A stretch of DNA of 64,000 nt from positions 10,354,001 through 10,418,000 of the forward strand of contig OZ249451.1 in NCBI GenBank assembly GCA_965235115.1, read 5' to 3'. The position numbers and the translations under genes are program-made. Shown in pieces: positions 13,021 through 26,100 of this stretch. The DNA comes from Laetmonice hystrix. Its lineage: Eukaryota. Under the pieces are notes generated by a model. That model saw nothing but the letters and a program-made list of their open reading frames with translations, searched no databases and had not been told where the DNA came from. The stretch's first letter is position 1. Each line of letters opens with the position of its first letter.

Positions 13021-13600
13021 GGCGTTCATGTGCTGTTTGGTCGGACTCTTCTTCCGTGATAACCAACAATTCCATTTCAAACGGAAACAACATAATGCCT
13101 GTGTCATTCATCATTTATACTGTCTTGGTTATGTCTGGGAACATGGATGGAACAACTTAAATATTTACAGGATGTAATGGCAGCAAAGCTTTTAACCGGT
13201 GCTTTTTATGTAGGCACTCACCATAGTAAGCGAGCCGTTTTGTTTGGGAGCTAATAAATCTTTTACAAGCGCAGAAACTTTTGACGCATGCAGTTGCTCT
13301 TCCTTGGTTTCAAGTCCTCTATGGTTTCCATTGTGTATATTCATTGATTGGTAAGCTGAAGGATCAATATATAGACCTCCTACCATGCAGGGTCGCATTT
13401 TCCCGCCACATATAGATCTAGACAAGCTCTAAGAAAGTATTTTAATTCTAATCTAGACACTGACTTCTTAAAATGCTTGCTTGAATGCGAGTACTGTTGT
13501 TTGTATTAATTCTACGCGAGTTGAGGACGCCTCCTCTTGCTGCTCATGGCTTCAAACTTTGCCATCCATGATATTTGCCCTTATGACCTTTTCTTCACTG

Positions 13601-14229
13601 TAGGGTGTAAAAGCACGCTGGAGTGTTCAAAATAGAGGAATATAGGAAAAAGTCATCAAAAAAATATTGGAGAAATAAAGGAGTGTAAATGAGAAATATA
13701 GGAGTGTAGACATTTTATTTATGTATTATGTAGAACTGTCACATACATACACACATACATACACAATACATGCCTACAATCAGAAATCTTAAATGCCAGC
13801 ATCTGCCTTTGCAGGAAGTGTGACAACAGACCTAAAATGTAAAGCTCTGGAGGCCAGGGACGCAACACCCTATCAGTCTTCATTTTGTGACACAAAAACT
13901 ATTAATTTGCATATTTTTAAGAGCCCAAATGTGTATTATTATTAATAATACGTCACTTTGTCTGTTAAAACAATGCAAGCTAACGATTTTTCAGTAATTA
14001 AAATACAGATTTCTACAATGAAGACTGCCATAGCCTTATTAAACATAAAATGAGTTCACCTTGCATTTTGAAATTAGAAAGGATTTGTCATTTAATCCTC
14101 ATACCATGTATCATCAAATTAGCTGAAAAAGTAGTGGTTTTATAGGAGTTTTGCTAAAATATAGGAAGTTATAGGAATTCCTCTGAAATATAGGAAAATG
14201 TAGGAATATAGGAGTTGCTTGACACCCTG
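13601..14229. mobile_element. Non-autonomous TIR element with apparent 6-bp TSD
   Basis: Ends tagggtgtaaaag ... cttgacaccctg. TCACTG flanks both sides (13595-13600 and 14230-14235). Subterminal aatatagga repeats occur at both ends. Confidence 0.6.
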
Positions 14230-17183
14230 TCACTGATGTACATAGGCCTATACAATTTATACAATTGTATAGCAGTGGAGGACCCAGGATTTTGAACAAG
14301 TGTAGGAGGGGGGGCAGCACAAGACTTTTCTCCAGGGGGAGGGGGGAGTTGTCGATTATATTTCTGGAACACACATGACCTATACAGTAAAATAGATGCC
14401 GTACTTAGAGTGTGTTATCATATCTTTATTTCACACCACATGTTGTATTGCACTGGTCTTCCTGCTCGAATTACAAGGATCACTTTTTGAAAGCTCGGAA
14501 TGTGGAAGGCGAATATTGCATACACGTGACAATCAAGTACATGTAGTTGCTCCAATCATGGTCCAATCAAGGAATGACATCCAACCATGGACCAATCAAG
14601 GATTGAGTCCCAGCCCATGGTCCAATCAAGAAGCTGCACCCAATTATAGTTAAATGTGTCACAGATTTCCTAGCCTTCCTTCGATGCTTGCCATTTACTC
14701 TCTGTTCTCATAGCGTGAAACCACCGCGAACTACATTAATTGATACATGAGCTTATGTCACACAGATTTAAACATTTATATAATAACTATATATACACGT
14801 GTATATGCAATAATATAATATATGAAATTAATAAGAATACTATACAAAGAAAAATTCTGAGCTCAAAAACAATATTGCTATGTACACCAAGAAAATACAA
14901 TTATACACAGCCAAAATTATATACAAATATTACGACATATAAGGACACAAATTGAATAATGTCCTCAAATTCTTTACATTTCCATCAAGAAATAATTAAA
15001 CTTTAAAGTACAATCACATCACAATACATACTGAAAACGCGTCCGAATGTTTCAATTTCTTGCAAGCACACACGATATTTCAAATCTTCTGAAAAGCAAA
15101 AAGCCAGAAATCTGTACAATGTGTTAGGTAAAACAATAAATCTCTTCGACTGCATGACTAGGACATGCATACATTGGCTACAAATGATGGAAATTAATTG
15201 ACCATCTTTGTGGAACTCGTGAGCCAGTCCTCCCTGCCATATGTTAAGTAAATATATCTCATTCATCTATCCTAACTTAAACCTAGATTGGATCTCTTTA
15301 GTTGCTAGCTTGCTGGCTCAATGAATACATTTTGACATTAAATCACCACCATTTATTTATCAAGAAATACTCCAAGAACTGTGCAAATACAATTTCTTTT
15401 TGCAGACTGGTCTATCAAGTAAGAATACCATAAAGACAGTACATTGACACGTTTGTGGCTAAATTACCCGCTACTAAATTCACGATTCATCAAAAATAAA
15501 GGTGCAACTTTAACGGCTTATAAAGTTCTACCACTTCACAGTCTTTCAACGTTGAACCTGGCCTTCAGAGCTTGTCACCTCAATCAACTCCCGTAAAGTT
15601 TTAAAACTGTTAAACAGATGCCAATTTCAGGTTCAGACAATTACTGTGTTTGATCATCAATAGTTCGTTCATGAAATTGCATGAGCCCACGATATATCAT
15701 GTTCGAACTTGTTCTTGTCAAACACAACATTACTTTCTTGGAATTCGTCTCACTCAGGCGCTTTGTTGAAAAAAAACACACACACAAAAGAAAAACAAAA
15801 AAAACCAAAAAGAAAAACAAAAAAACCCGAAACCTAAACTATTTCATCTAATCTATTCTGAAGTTTCATAGTTCCAGGCTCTTTGGTCTAGTGCAAAATA
15901 GTGTTTGGTACGGGAAACACGCATTGTGAAAGATCCTTTGGGGAGGCATATTTTTTTTTTGTTCTCAACTCCTCCCTTTCCTCCACGGAACCACGGCATG
16001 ATCCCTTCGTGACAAACGATGACGTCACGTGACAGAGAAAAGAAGCCCTCTGAGACAGGGGTAGGAATGTCGCGACACACCGGTAAACTTAAACTACCTG
16101 ACTGGAATGACTGCTGCAACACGTGGTGTCAGTGACCAGGCAATGTGCCCAATGCTCATCCCACCTAACATAGCTCAAACAATAACATCAAGTTTTCAGA
16201 CAAGACGGAAACAGTTGTAGAAAATGGCTAAGACAAGCCTGGAAGTGATGGACCCCCGTACCTGGTTCTCTATCGTCCTACCATCTGATAAATACCCATC
16301 AATAAGGTATGTCAAATAGAACCTTTCCCGCTCAGTCACATCATCGCCTTCCAAATCGGTTTTAAAAAGAGAATATTGAAAAAAAAACGCTCCAAAAATA
16401 TAAAACTACCTTTCCATCCTCCACGGATGAGACACTGAAATTGGTATGATTTCTCTTTAAACGGAAGCCTGAGAAAGTTTTGAATCGATATTAATCGAAG
16501 TACTCACATTACAGTTCCAAGCACCGACTACTGACACTGCTTTATCTGCCACTCAGAACTTTCAAGTTTAATCATTCTTTGAAAAAACTTGCTACAGAGG
16601 TTGATACCGTCACTAGAGTGAGGACTGGTCAGTAACTGGCCTACCCGACTAGCTACAAACCTACCATTTGTTTCTACATCTCTGCTACTAATTCTTGACT
16701 TCTCCCTAAACATTCTTAAACTACTTGCTATTATAATAATTGAGGAACGCAGTGAATCCATCTTTTGTCTCATATTTTTAAAACCCAATCAATGGTATAA
16801 TATACAGTCATATCGAGATTCTTCATTCATCATGCAGTAGCCTTCAAATTCTGATATATCGCAAAAAAAACAACTCCTACATCTCTGACTAGTGAACCAA
16901 TGCTGGAAATAAATCTTCTCATATAACTGTGCTACATGTCTTCCAAACCTCTCTATCAGAGCATTTGTATACACCGGCATGTCACAAATTGTGATCTACT
17001 TTTACTACTACGATACTCTGCCTGGCAGGGTAGTGAATTCTTCCTTATTATCAATATAAACTGACCACAGTGCCCTTCTATAGAGTTAGTTTCGTACAGA
17101 TTGTGAAGGCCTTAAAGACAGTTGTTTACGGCCCTCACAGCTGGCTTTGTTAACTTACCGTACAGTGAGAACCATTGGTATCA

Positions 17184-20100
17184 TCAGTAATCGTGGTTGG
17201 CGTCCGAAACGGCACCTCGAGGCAATCTCCCGCTTGCTTTATTTTGATTGCTATCAAAATAATTAAACTGATGATTCCCCTCGCTGTAACTCCGCTTGTG
17301 GCTTGTCGCTGAGGCGTCACCATGGTAACCAACTAACACACCACCATTTTCTTTGGCATTTGAAAACTGTCTTGATAACATTTCTACTTCAGTCTTGAGA
17401 GAAATCATCTCTATTTCAGGTTTGGTTTCGCGAGCGTCGACGATGACAGATTTGTTGGTTTTTTTTCCTTTGGGTCGGATGTTTTCTGAGTATTCGGGAC
17501 TAGAACTGTCGGGACTGCTTGACGTGTCCGCACTGTTGGTTGCTAAAATAAACATAAAACAATCATCAAATGGATTCCTAACACGTCGCCAAGTGGTTAC
17601 CGTACTCCCCACTCCCTCATTGCGAGTTTTAGGGGTAGGGTTAGTTTTAGGGATTAGGGCTAGTTTTAGGGGTAGGGATTAGGGGTTTGGGTGATTTTAG
17701 GGGTAAGCATTAGGGCATTATTGAGGTCTACCATCTACAAAAATCAAAACAGAAAATCGAGAGGAAACCTTGATTTGGGATTATAACAAAATAATACTGG
17801 TAGCATTTGTTAACCAATTTTTATATCATACATATTTAGCTTTCATTTTCCTCTAGCTGCACAGTAATCTGTTATAATGCACATAACTATACATATATAA
17901 GAAATACCAACTATACCATTATATGTTGCGGCATGGGCTGCTCGCCGCATCTCGGGACTGCTTCGATAACCACGGGACGTGACAGAGCTTGGCGTCATGT
18001 CGGACGATGAGGGCTCATCTCGGTAGTGGTTGTCCTTGATTTTTATTTCATCCTCATCAAAGATGTTACTCGGCTTCAGGATGCCTTTGAGAACATCCCG
18101 AACCTAGGATAAAATAGGTGAAAACAGATGTAATTAACAGGTTGAAAACAGATGGTAATCAGCAAAAGTTCAAAGGAACACCTTAGTTGGACCGCAGGGT
18201 ATCATCACATACCAGTTATCCTCTTAAAGGAACACCTCAGCTGGACCGCAGGGTATCATCACATACCAGTTATCCTCTTAAAGGAACACCTCAGCTGGAC
18301 CCCAGGGTACCATAACATACCAGTTATCCTCTTAAAGGAACACCTCAGCTGGACCCCAGGGTATCATGAAATACCAGTTATCCTCTTAAAGGAACACCTC
18401 AGCTGGACCCCAGGGTATCATGACATACCAGTTATCCTCTTAAAGGAACACCTCAGCTAGACTCCAGGGTATCATGACATACCAGTTATCCTCTTAAAGG
18501 AAGACCTCGCCCGGTGCCCAGTGTACCCTGACATACTGGTACTGACCTGTTTGAGTCCTGCTATGGCCAACAGGAGCTCATCCTCATTCTGCATGTTCTG
18601 TCGCAGCATCTCCACTTGAAGCTTGTCTGTCATAGTCAATGAAAACAAGAAAAGTAAATATTCTATGACTACTTTTTGCGCTAAGAATTTGATCAGATCT
18701 CTGAGCCAATGTTAGTGGTGGAATGAGTGAATGTATTTTGTACCTATATGTTTATCCATTTTGTGAGAACACTGTTTACACATCGCCTCCATGTCATGTA
18801 ATCGGCCCATCATTATTGCAAGGTCATACTCGGCACTCCGTTCCTGGAAAACAAAACAAAAATTATTCAACTTTATTTCAAGATTAGAGGCAGGTAGTAC
18901 GTTTAAAGAGACAAGAAAACATGTAGTTATTTTGGTCCTTTAGTGGGGTAGTCGTAAAATCGTGTTTTTGAACTTTAATACCTGCTGCTGTCCTTTTTTG
19001 CCCTTTTTCCCCCGTGTGGGAAGTGTGGAGAATTTATAGCCCGACGGTGGAGAATATCGCTCCTCAGGTGAGAGTTGGTCAATGTTGGCCACAGAGCCTG
19101 CAGACTACAACACAACAGAAGTTCGTGTATGCTCGTATATTCTGCCATTTTACAACTGTATTAGCACAGGATAATATATCCATTGCTGTCAAATAAATTT
19201 GTCTGAGAGGATAACTTAAAATTTAATTAAAATTCTATCGTTTTTGTGCTACATAAATCCTATACTGATACATCTATTTTTTGTATTTTTACGTTTTTCT
19301 CCTTAGAATATCTAGGACAGCAGTTTAATACACTGTAATTGATCTCGGTACCGAGTCCTTTGCCTGATAACTGATTAAGTTTCAATCTTACCCGTACACT
19401 GGTAGTCTCGAGCCGGGCCAGGCTCTGGCTGGAGATAGTGGGTCGTAAGTTGGTAACTCCCACCATTCCTGTCTCCAGCTTGGATAGACTTGCTGTGGAG
19501 CCCCGCTTCTCCTGGGCTGGGTGGTACTCTGAGTCAAATCCAACACAAAGGCATCAAGATTTGATTCTTCAGGCACTACAGGTTAAATAAAAAAATAAAA
19601 CCCGGCAGAAGCAAAAATCATATTCTATGTTGAAGGGAACAATGGGATGCGAGTGACATTTTGACTGGCATTACCGTCAAAAAGGCTTCGCTACGTCCAT
19701 TCAAATCCCAAACATAGGAGCTACATGCAACTGTGATTCTAACACTTCTAACAGCATCATGCACTGATTAACGCATACAGAACTTTAAAAAAAAGCAACA
19801 GTGTAACATGTAAAGCTTGGAAATACATAAAAAAAATTACACATTTTTGGAAAACTAGTGAAAGATCAGCAAGGGAACTACAAATCTACATGACTGGTCT
19901 GGATTAGGTGTGGAACGTAAGTGAAATAGAGTAGGCCTACAGAGAGCAGGTGAGGTTTGTGTGGAGAAACCAGGAAAACAATTCATGCATGAGCCAACCA
20001 TATGCAGCTGGCCTATCTTACAACACGTTTGCTTGTTTGTCTCTTGTTTTTTTATTTGCGTTTTCTTTTATTCAGGAAAGGAAGTACGTTTCATATAGAG

Positions 20101-23100
20101 CTTGAAACAGAAAGACACGAAAGATCTAGCAGTAAATGTACAGCTAAGTGTACTATCTACACCTAAGCTCAATATGGTACAGATCTATGGGCCTACAATG
20201 CGTTTTCATGTTCCAGAACCTACCAAATGTAGAAAACTCACATTCCACTAAATGATTCCAGTCAATTCAAAATCAAAAACAATAAATTTTTAAAATATCC
20301 TAAAAATCACCCATAGACTTCTACGCAGCAGGTCAATAAACTCTCACACGAAGCCAAAACAGAAGAGACTAATTTGCATAAAAGAACCTAGCGGTGAGTT
20401 GAGGACCGACCTGGAGACTCGTCTGTGAGTAAGTTCATCGGCTCACTCGTGGACTTGGAGATCTTCTTCGGACTGTTCTCCAAACCAAGCGTGCGAGGCC
20501 GTGTTTGGTTAATTTTGCGAGTCAGTGAGGTTAGACTTGACATGACTGAGGCAGTCACTGCGCCACCTAGTGGATGCAGGGGTTAGTAGTCAGGACAGAT
20601 TGCAGTCAAAGGTCAAAGCGGTGTTAAAACACAGCAAAGTCCTGGAGAGAAACTTCTGCCCTCCCTCAAAATAACAACGGAAACAGTTGTCACTCTCCAC
20701 TATGACACTGGCCAAAGTGGCTCAAGGTCACAATGGTTCACAAAGGCTCAAAACATGCTACAGCAAATCTTGACATGATTCATGGGGGAGGGGGGAGAAA
20801 AGGGTTTTCAAAAATACAACACAACATTTTTCCATCATGAAAGGACTTTAAAAACGAAAATGATATGAGGTATATCACGATTCAACTGTGCTGGCTGAAA
20901 ATTTGTATTTTTTACCGTATCTGGTAGAATTACGTTTTGCAGTTCCCAAATACAAACCCCTTTGAGGAAGCGGTCATGCAACTATTGGTAGAGCCTTTGA
21001 ACATTTGGATGAGTAGGTCAGCATTTGACGCCAGCCTGTGCCCACCCTGACGACGTGTGATAATATAACGTGTATTACATGCACCATGCCACTCCGTACT
21101 CCGGGTTCCACAAGCTTCACGCGAAGGGCTTTACGTGAAGAGCTTTTACACGAAGGACTATAATCCATTCACTACTCTCACTTACCAAACCCAAACTTAT
21201 AATCTTTTATTGGAATATGACTTTAAATTTCACGGATTAACTCTTTTAACGTAAATAATGTCACCAAAAAAATCAATTTATGATTCAGATAGCAAGTTCT
21301 ACCACAAGAAAAAATAACCGTCTAAAACTTTGGTTGGTATGTGTAACCTCTCGGAAGCAAACCCAACAGGCAGTCTAATGTAACTGCAATTATTTCTTCT
21401 GTTATTTAAAGCTTCCTGGGTTAATTATCTTAATTAAAATATCTGATATCCTTAAACCTTTCATTCCTTATACCGTCAGTACATTAGCCTTTCCCACAAT
21501 TCCCACTGTAAATACCTGGTGCTCTTGGCGTGGCTCCTTGCCAAAGTTATGCCAGTAAACTGCTACACGTATAAATTACATAGCTCACCATCAGTCATAG
21601 GGTCTAGATGTCAGACCAATGACTGTCGGCATGACAACAGACCGCCTGCAGCACCCTCAACAGGTGTATGGACACTATGGTCAGTCCTCGTCTGGCTACT
21701 GGCATGGCTAAAACTGTGCTTGCTTCTGACAGTACCATTAACGTAACAGTAACGTGAGTGATAACAATTAAATAAAAAATAGATTAATCTGTACAGATGG
21801 CATAGATTTACAGATTTATCTTTTTTTGGAAAAATTTACAGATTTGCAATTTTCGGGGAGTTCAATGCTAATCATGGAAGAAAGGCACAGATGTCATGCT
21901 GGGATCAATCAGTACAAGGTGGTCTCATTGGTTGTTTTCTAGTTTCAGTAATCGGAACCAGCTTACAGCATTCAATATTAGTCAGATCAGCACTATAGAC
22001 ATTGTACGGGAAATCTTCAGCAGCTACACGCTCCCTTCCTACTTAAACCGTATTTTGTAACTCTCTTCATACTTAAAAAAAACTGTATTTTATTATAGAC
22101 TGATATGTACAATGATTCCCACGCATCATCTTACACCTATTGTAACCATGGTTCCTACAAGTCACGTGACCCACCTGATCTGGAGTACGACTTGGTAACA
22201 CGATCCAGCAGTTGGCTCTGACTCATGCTGCCCCCTTGTGGAGACTTCTGGTACACATAATCATGCGGCCGTGGCTGTTCCTACAAGACCAGTTTCACAT
22301 TCTCAACTGACCGACATACTGATATTAAAGTTACCCTCACATTTTGTACAGCCCCTTGAGTTTATGGATATCCTGACAATTTTACCTTTAAACTTTTTCA
22401 CATGAACCAGGCATGATTTACAAAGAACAAATCTATTACTAGCTAAAAGTTATTTACAAATTGCATGTATTTTTCCTGTTATGTACATAATATTTTTAGG
22501 TTTCCTAGTATCCTAAGACCTAGCAGTTCACTGTCTTACTTGCAATGCCTGTTATCACACACTAGCTATTTCTGATATGTTCTCCCCTGTTCTCAATCTC
22601 TGAGTTCAGTGGGTTTAAACTCAATCTCTGAGGTAAATGGGTTTAAATTCAATCTCTGATGTCAATGGGTTCAAACTCAATCTCTGATATCAATGGGTTT
22701 AACCTCAATCTCTGAGTTCAATGGGTTTAAACTCAATCTCTGAGTTCAGTGAGTTTAAACTTAATCTCTGATATCAATGGGTTTAACCTCAATCTCTGAG
22801 TTCAGTGGGTTTAAACTTAATCTCTGAGTTCAATGGGTTTAACCTCAATCTCTGAGTTCAATGGGTTTAACCTCAATCTCTGAGTTCAATGGGTTTAAAC
22901 TCAATCTCTGAGTTCAGTGAGTTTAAACTTAATCTCTGATATCAATGGGTTTAACCTCAATCTCTGAGTTCAATGGGTTTAAACTCAATCTCTGAGTTCA
23001 GTGAGTTTAAACTTAATCTCTGATATCAATGGGTTTAACCTCAATCTCTGAGTTCAGTGGGTTTAAACTTAATCTCTGAGTTCAATGGGTTTAAACTTAA

Positions 23101-26100
23101 TCTCTGATATCAATGGGTTTAAACTCAATCTCTGAGGTCAATGGGTTTAAACTCAATCTCTGATATCAATGGGTTCAAACTCAATCTCTGAGTTCAGTGG
23201 GTTTAAATTCAATCTCTAAGTTGGTCTACTCACACTGGGTTCCCGCAGATACAGCGCCTTGTCAACAAAGTAGTGGACGTCCCCAACCGGGGGAAACTTC
23301 ATCAGCGTGGTCAGGCATGTCGGGTAGTCGCTCGACAGTACTGGATAATAACGGCCACACATTCAGTAATCAATCCTCAGTAATTTGTCTACCGAATACT
23401 GGACAGTCACTCAGTCACTGCATGGAAATCCTAAACAGTCATTCTGGTGGGGTGTTGAAAAATTGGAGAACAGTTTCACTACAAGCCGATACTTTGGTAT
23501 TAACATTACTTTTTAGACATAAATAATTAAGTCACTTTTAAATTATTTAATTTTCAATTTGATTTACCCCAACTCACATAGTTCTCTAATATACTGCAGC
23601 ATGCCAACAAAGACATAGTCTACGAGGTCAAAGCTGATGCCATCGGCGAAGATGGCATCCCAGAGAACAAGGAGATCTTGCATGGGGAACTCTCGGCCGA
23701 ACAACAGGCGGACCCAGCGACTGAAAAAAAGACGGGACAACTGTTCAATCACTCTTTACTGATAATAATATAACAGCCTTCTTAGGACCAGCTAGCAAAT
23801 ACTGTCAGTGCCCCCTGGTGGCAAAATAAATGATTCATTTCAGGAACAACTCACATTCCATAAATTTGTGGTGCAATCTCCATTTTCTCAAGGTGGCCAT
23901 GCAGTTCAGGGTCAAAGCGTTTAAGGACGTAGTCTTGGATGCGGGTAAGCTTTGTTATGATGACATTGGATGGGTGCATGTCCTGATGCCGGGCAAATGG
24001 CTGCGCTGTGAAGATGTTGGTGTTCTGTATATGATAAAAATTTGATGTACCCTCAAAATTCCTCACTTGAAAATATCAGACTTTTTTTCACATGAGAACC
24101 TGACCATGCATTGTATCTATTTTCATATCAGTTTCTAACTCGCACCATGACATTTGTGTAAGAAATCTGTGATACAAACCTTGACAGTGGGAGAGATTTC
24201 CTTGGACACATACCATGGCTCGACAGTTTCCATGATCTGACAGAACATGGCACTAGAAACGTAACCAAATAAATCATCTCATTATCTGAAACGTTACTTT
24301 TCACAAGGAAGAGTGACGATCAGAAAAGATTTCCTGAACTTTCAAAATACAAGCAGTATTATACCTACACTAGCAGCAGGCCCGCGATACTCAGTCACCA
24401 ATTTGCCAATGGCGAATAGTTTCTTAAATTGGCAAGGAAACTTTCAGAATGGTGATGGTTTTTGCGAATTGCGATCTCTTCCAGCAAAGACACATACGTT
24501 GGCTACTGGGGTTGAATTTTGGCCCATGTAACAATGATTTGGATCATTCACAATTAGTAGAAATAAATAGATTCCAACTTACAATGCGTCATGCTCAATA
24601 AATTCTGGGTTCAACAACTCCTTCACAACAGCTCTGAAATAGAGACAACATTTGATGCTTTAACAGTTGTTTATAAAGTAATTCGGCATTACCCAACAAT
24701 GCAGCTATTTCAACCCTGATTGGTTTTTCCTTTACATCCTACTTTCATATGATGGAATGGCCCAATGAATGGGGGGAAAAAAGATAATTTCAGGCTTTAT
24801 AATTGTGGATTTATATTTTAGTTTTGATGAGTCATCATTCTATTTGATGAAATCATGTGAGAGAAAAACTTTAGTCTGATCCTTATGTAAGAATACGTTG
24901 TTTATTTAAATTATAGTTATTTTGTCTCTACAACAGCTAGAATTTACTGGTGCATAGAAGGAAGGGGCAAGGTTGCTACCCCTTCGGTCATGAAAAAGTT
25001 CAACTTCTAGAAGCCGAAATCAAGCAAAGGCACTGGTATTCTGAGGCTATGGTTACTATTTTTAGGGATGGGTTTGAATGTTGCACTATTTGATGGGTGA
25101 ATGTTGTTAACATTATAACAGAGTAACAAATAGCGTCCTAGTGGTAAACAACTTCTTCCGGGACTGCCAGCCCCACAAATCCCAACATTAGTTAGCATAA
25201 GTCTCAGCTTAAGTACTGCTTAAAGCACTCAGCATTTGATTGAGAAGCTTGTTTTTCAAAACATCGTGCAAGTCATACAAGCTAGATATTTCTTCTCTCT
25301 CTCTTTCCTTTCTCTGCCTCTTAACAATAAGCAACTTGACAATAAGTTAGCCACGTGCAGCCTGTTGTGTAAATATCGAGGGTTTTTGAAAACCACTATT
25401 ATTAATATGATTAACTTCAAACTTCACTCCGTTATGCTGGCATGGCTTCTTCCATGAATTCATGCACATAAAGATATGTTGAACAATTTTTTCCAAACCC
25501 AATAATATTCATTAAGAGTTATTGTACTTAAAACGAAGACACCCAGCAGTAGGAATAACAAAGATTTGGATGTTGAATATGGAGAGTTACTGAGGTATCT
25601 TGGTGAAACAGAGACCCAAAGCATGTAAGTTGTACAGAGAGCTTAAACAGTATAAATCATTCAATAGCTGCACTGTATAACCTTCACAACCTTCAGAATT
25701 TTATTTGGCTTTAATATAAACTGTTGTATTTCAGAAATAAGCTTCTATCAGGTCACAGACCATTATTGTGTAAAAAAGACACACGGGGGGGTTCAGATGT
25801 TTTTGAATTTTTCTGATTGTGAAAATTACTGGTGTGCATACAGTGTCTGTGGGTTTAATAATTTGATTTGGGAATGCAAACCTCTCTTCTGGCTTCACAA
25901 GTCTGCAACAATTCACACAAGTACATATACACTGAATCAATTCCACTCAGAACTCTGGCAAACTTAAATAGATCCAAGTCTTCTTTTGTCCCTTATAAGA
26001 TTATCAAACAAAATCTTTTAAAAACAACTCATTACTATTCTCCCTGCTTTTGCAGTGGAGACAGAATTATTGTTACTACCTCAGCGAGTCCATACTCACT

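Noticed and set aside
17627-17716. Interstitial telomere or fusion site
   Set aside because: Short, highly degenerate and single orientation; more like simple-repeat or TE debris.
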